From the human T2T-CHM13v2.0 reference genome, Homo sapiens: DNA of 64,000 bases. The notes beneath the pieces were generated by a model. That model saw only the letters and a list, made by a program, of their open reading frames with translations, was not told where the DNA came from and made no database searches. Shown here in pieces: positions 59,293 to 64,000 of the stretch (its first letter is position 1; each line of letters begins with the position of its first letter). The position numbers and the translations under genes were made by a program. The stretch lies in the NCBI RefSeq assembly GCF_009914755.1, contig NC_060938.1; one strand, written 5' to 3'.

Positions 59293-64000
<4,708 letters not shown>

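Overview
Human (primate) genomic DNA, Alu-dense, recognisable as the 14q24.3 HEATR4-ACOT1-(ACOT2) locus. Minus strand: 13 coding exons of HEATR4 (ATG at 26661, 875 codons in the window, all GT-AG and phase-compatible; the 3' end lies left of the window), plus candidate duplicated 5'-UTR exons. Plus strand: the complete 3-exon ACOT1 acyl-CoA thioesterase gene (40932-47165, 421 aa), with an antisense NT5C processed pseudogene in intron 1. Sequence from about 31.4 kb reappears from about 59.4 kb to the window end, i.e. the ACOT1/ACOT2 segmental duplication. I found no new multi-gene system. The best observations concern genome architecture and gene evolution: (1) a chimeric Alu at the left duplication breakpoint; (2) an old L1 that appears split by the whole ~27-kb ACOT1 block; (3) a ~0.8-kb apparently identical tract between otherwise diverged copies, containing an Alu-derived candidate HEATR4 5'-UTR exon; (4) a decayed ACOT2-type mitochondrial leader in frame upstream of ACOT1; (5) a 51-nt candidate poison or vestigial HEATR4 exon; (6) several small insertion oddities. 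Gene and repeat family names come from recall, not from a database search. Almost all short ORFs in the track are Alu or other repeat noise.
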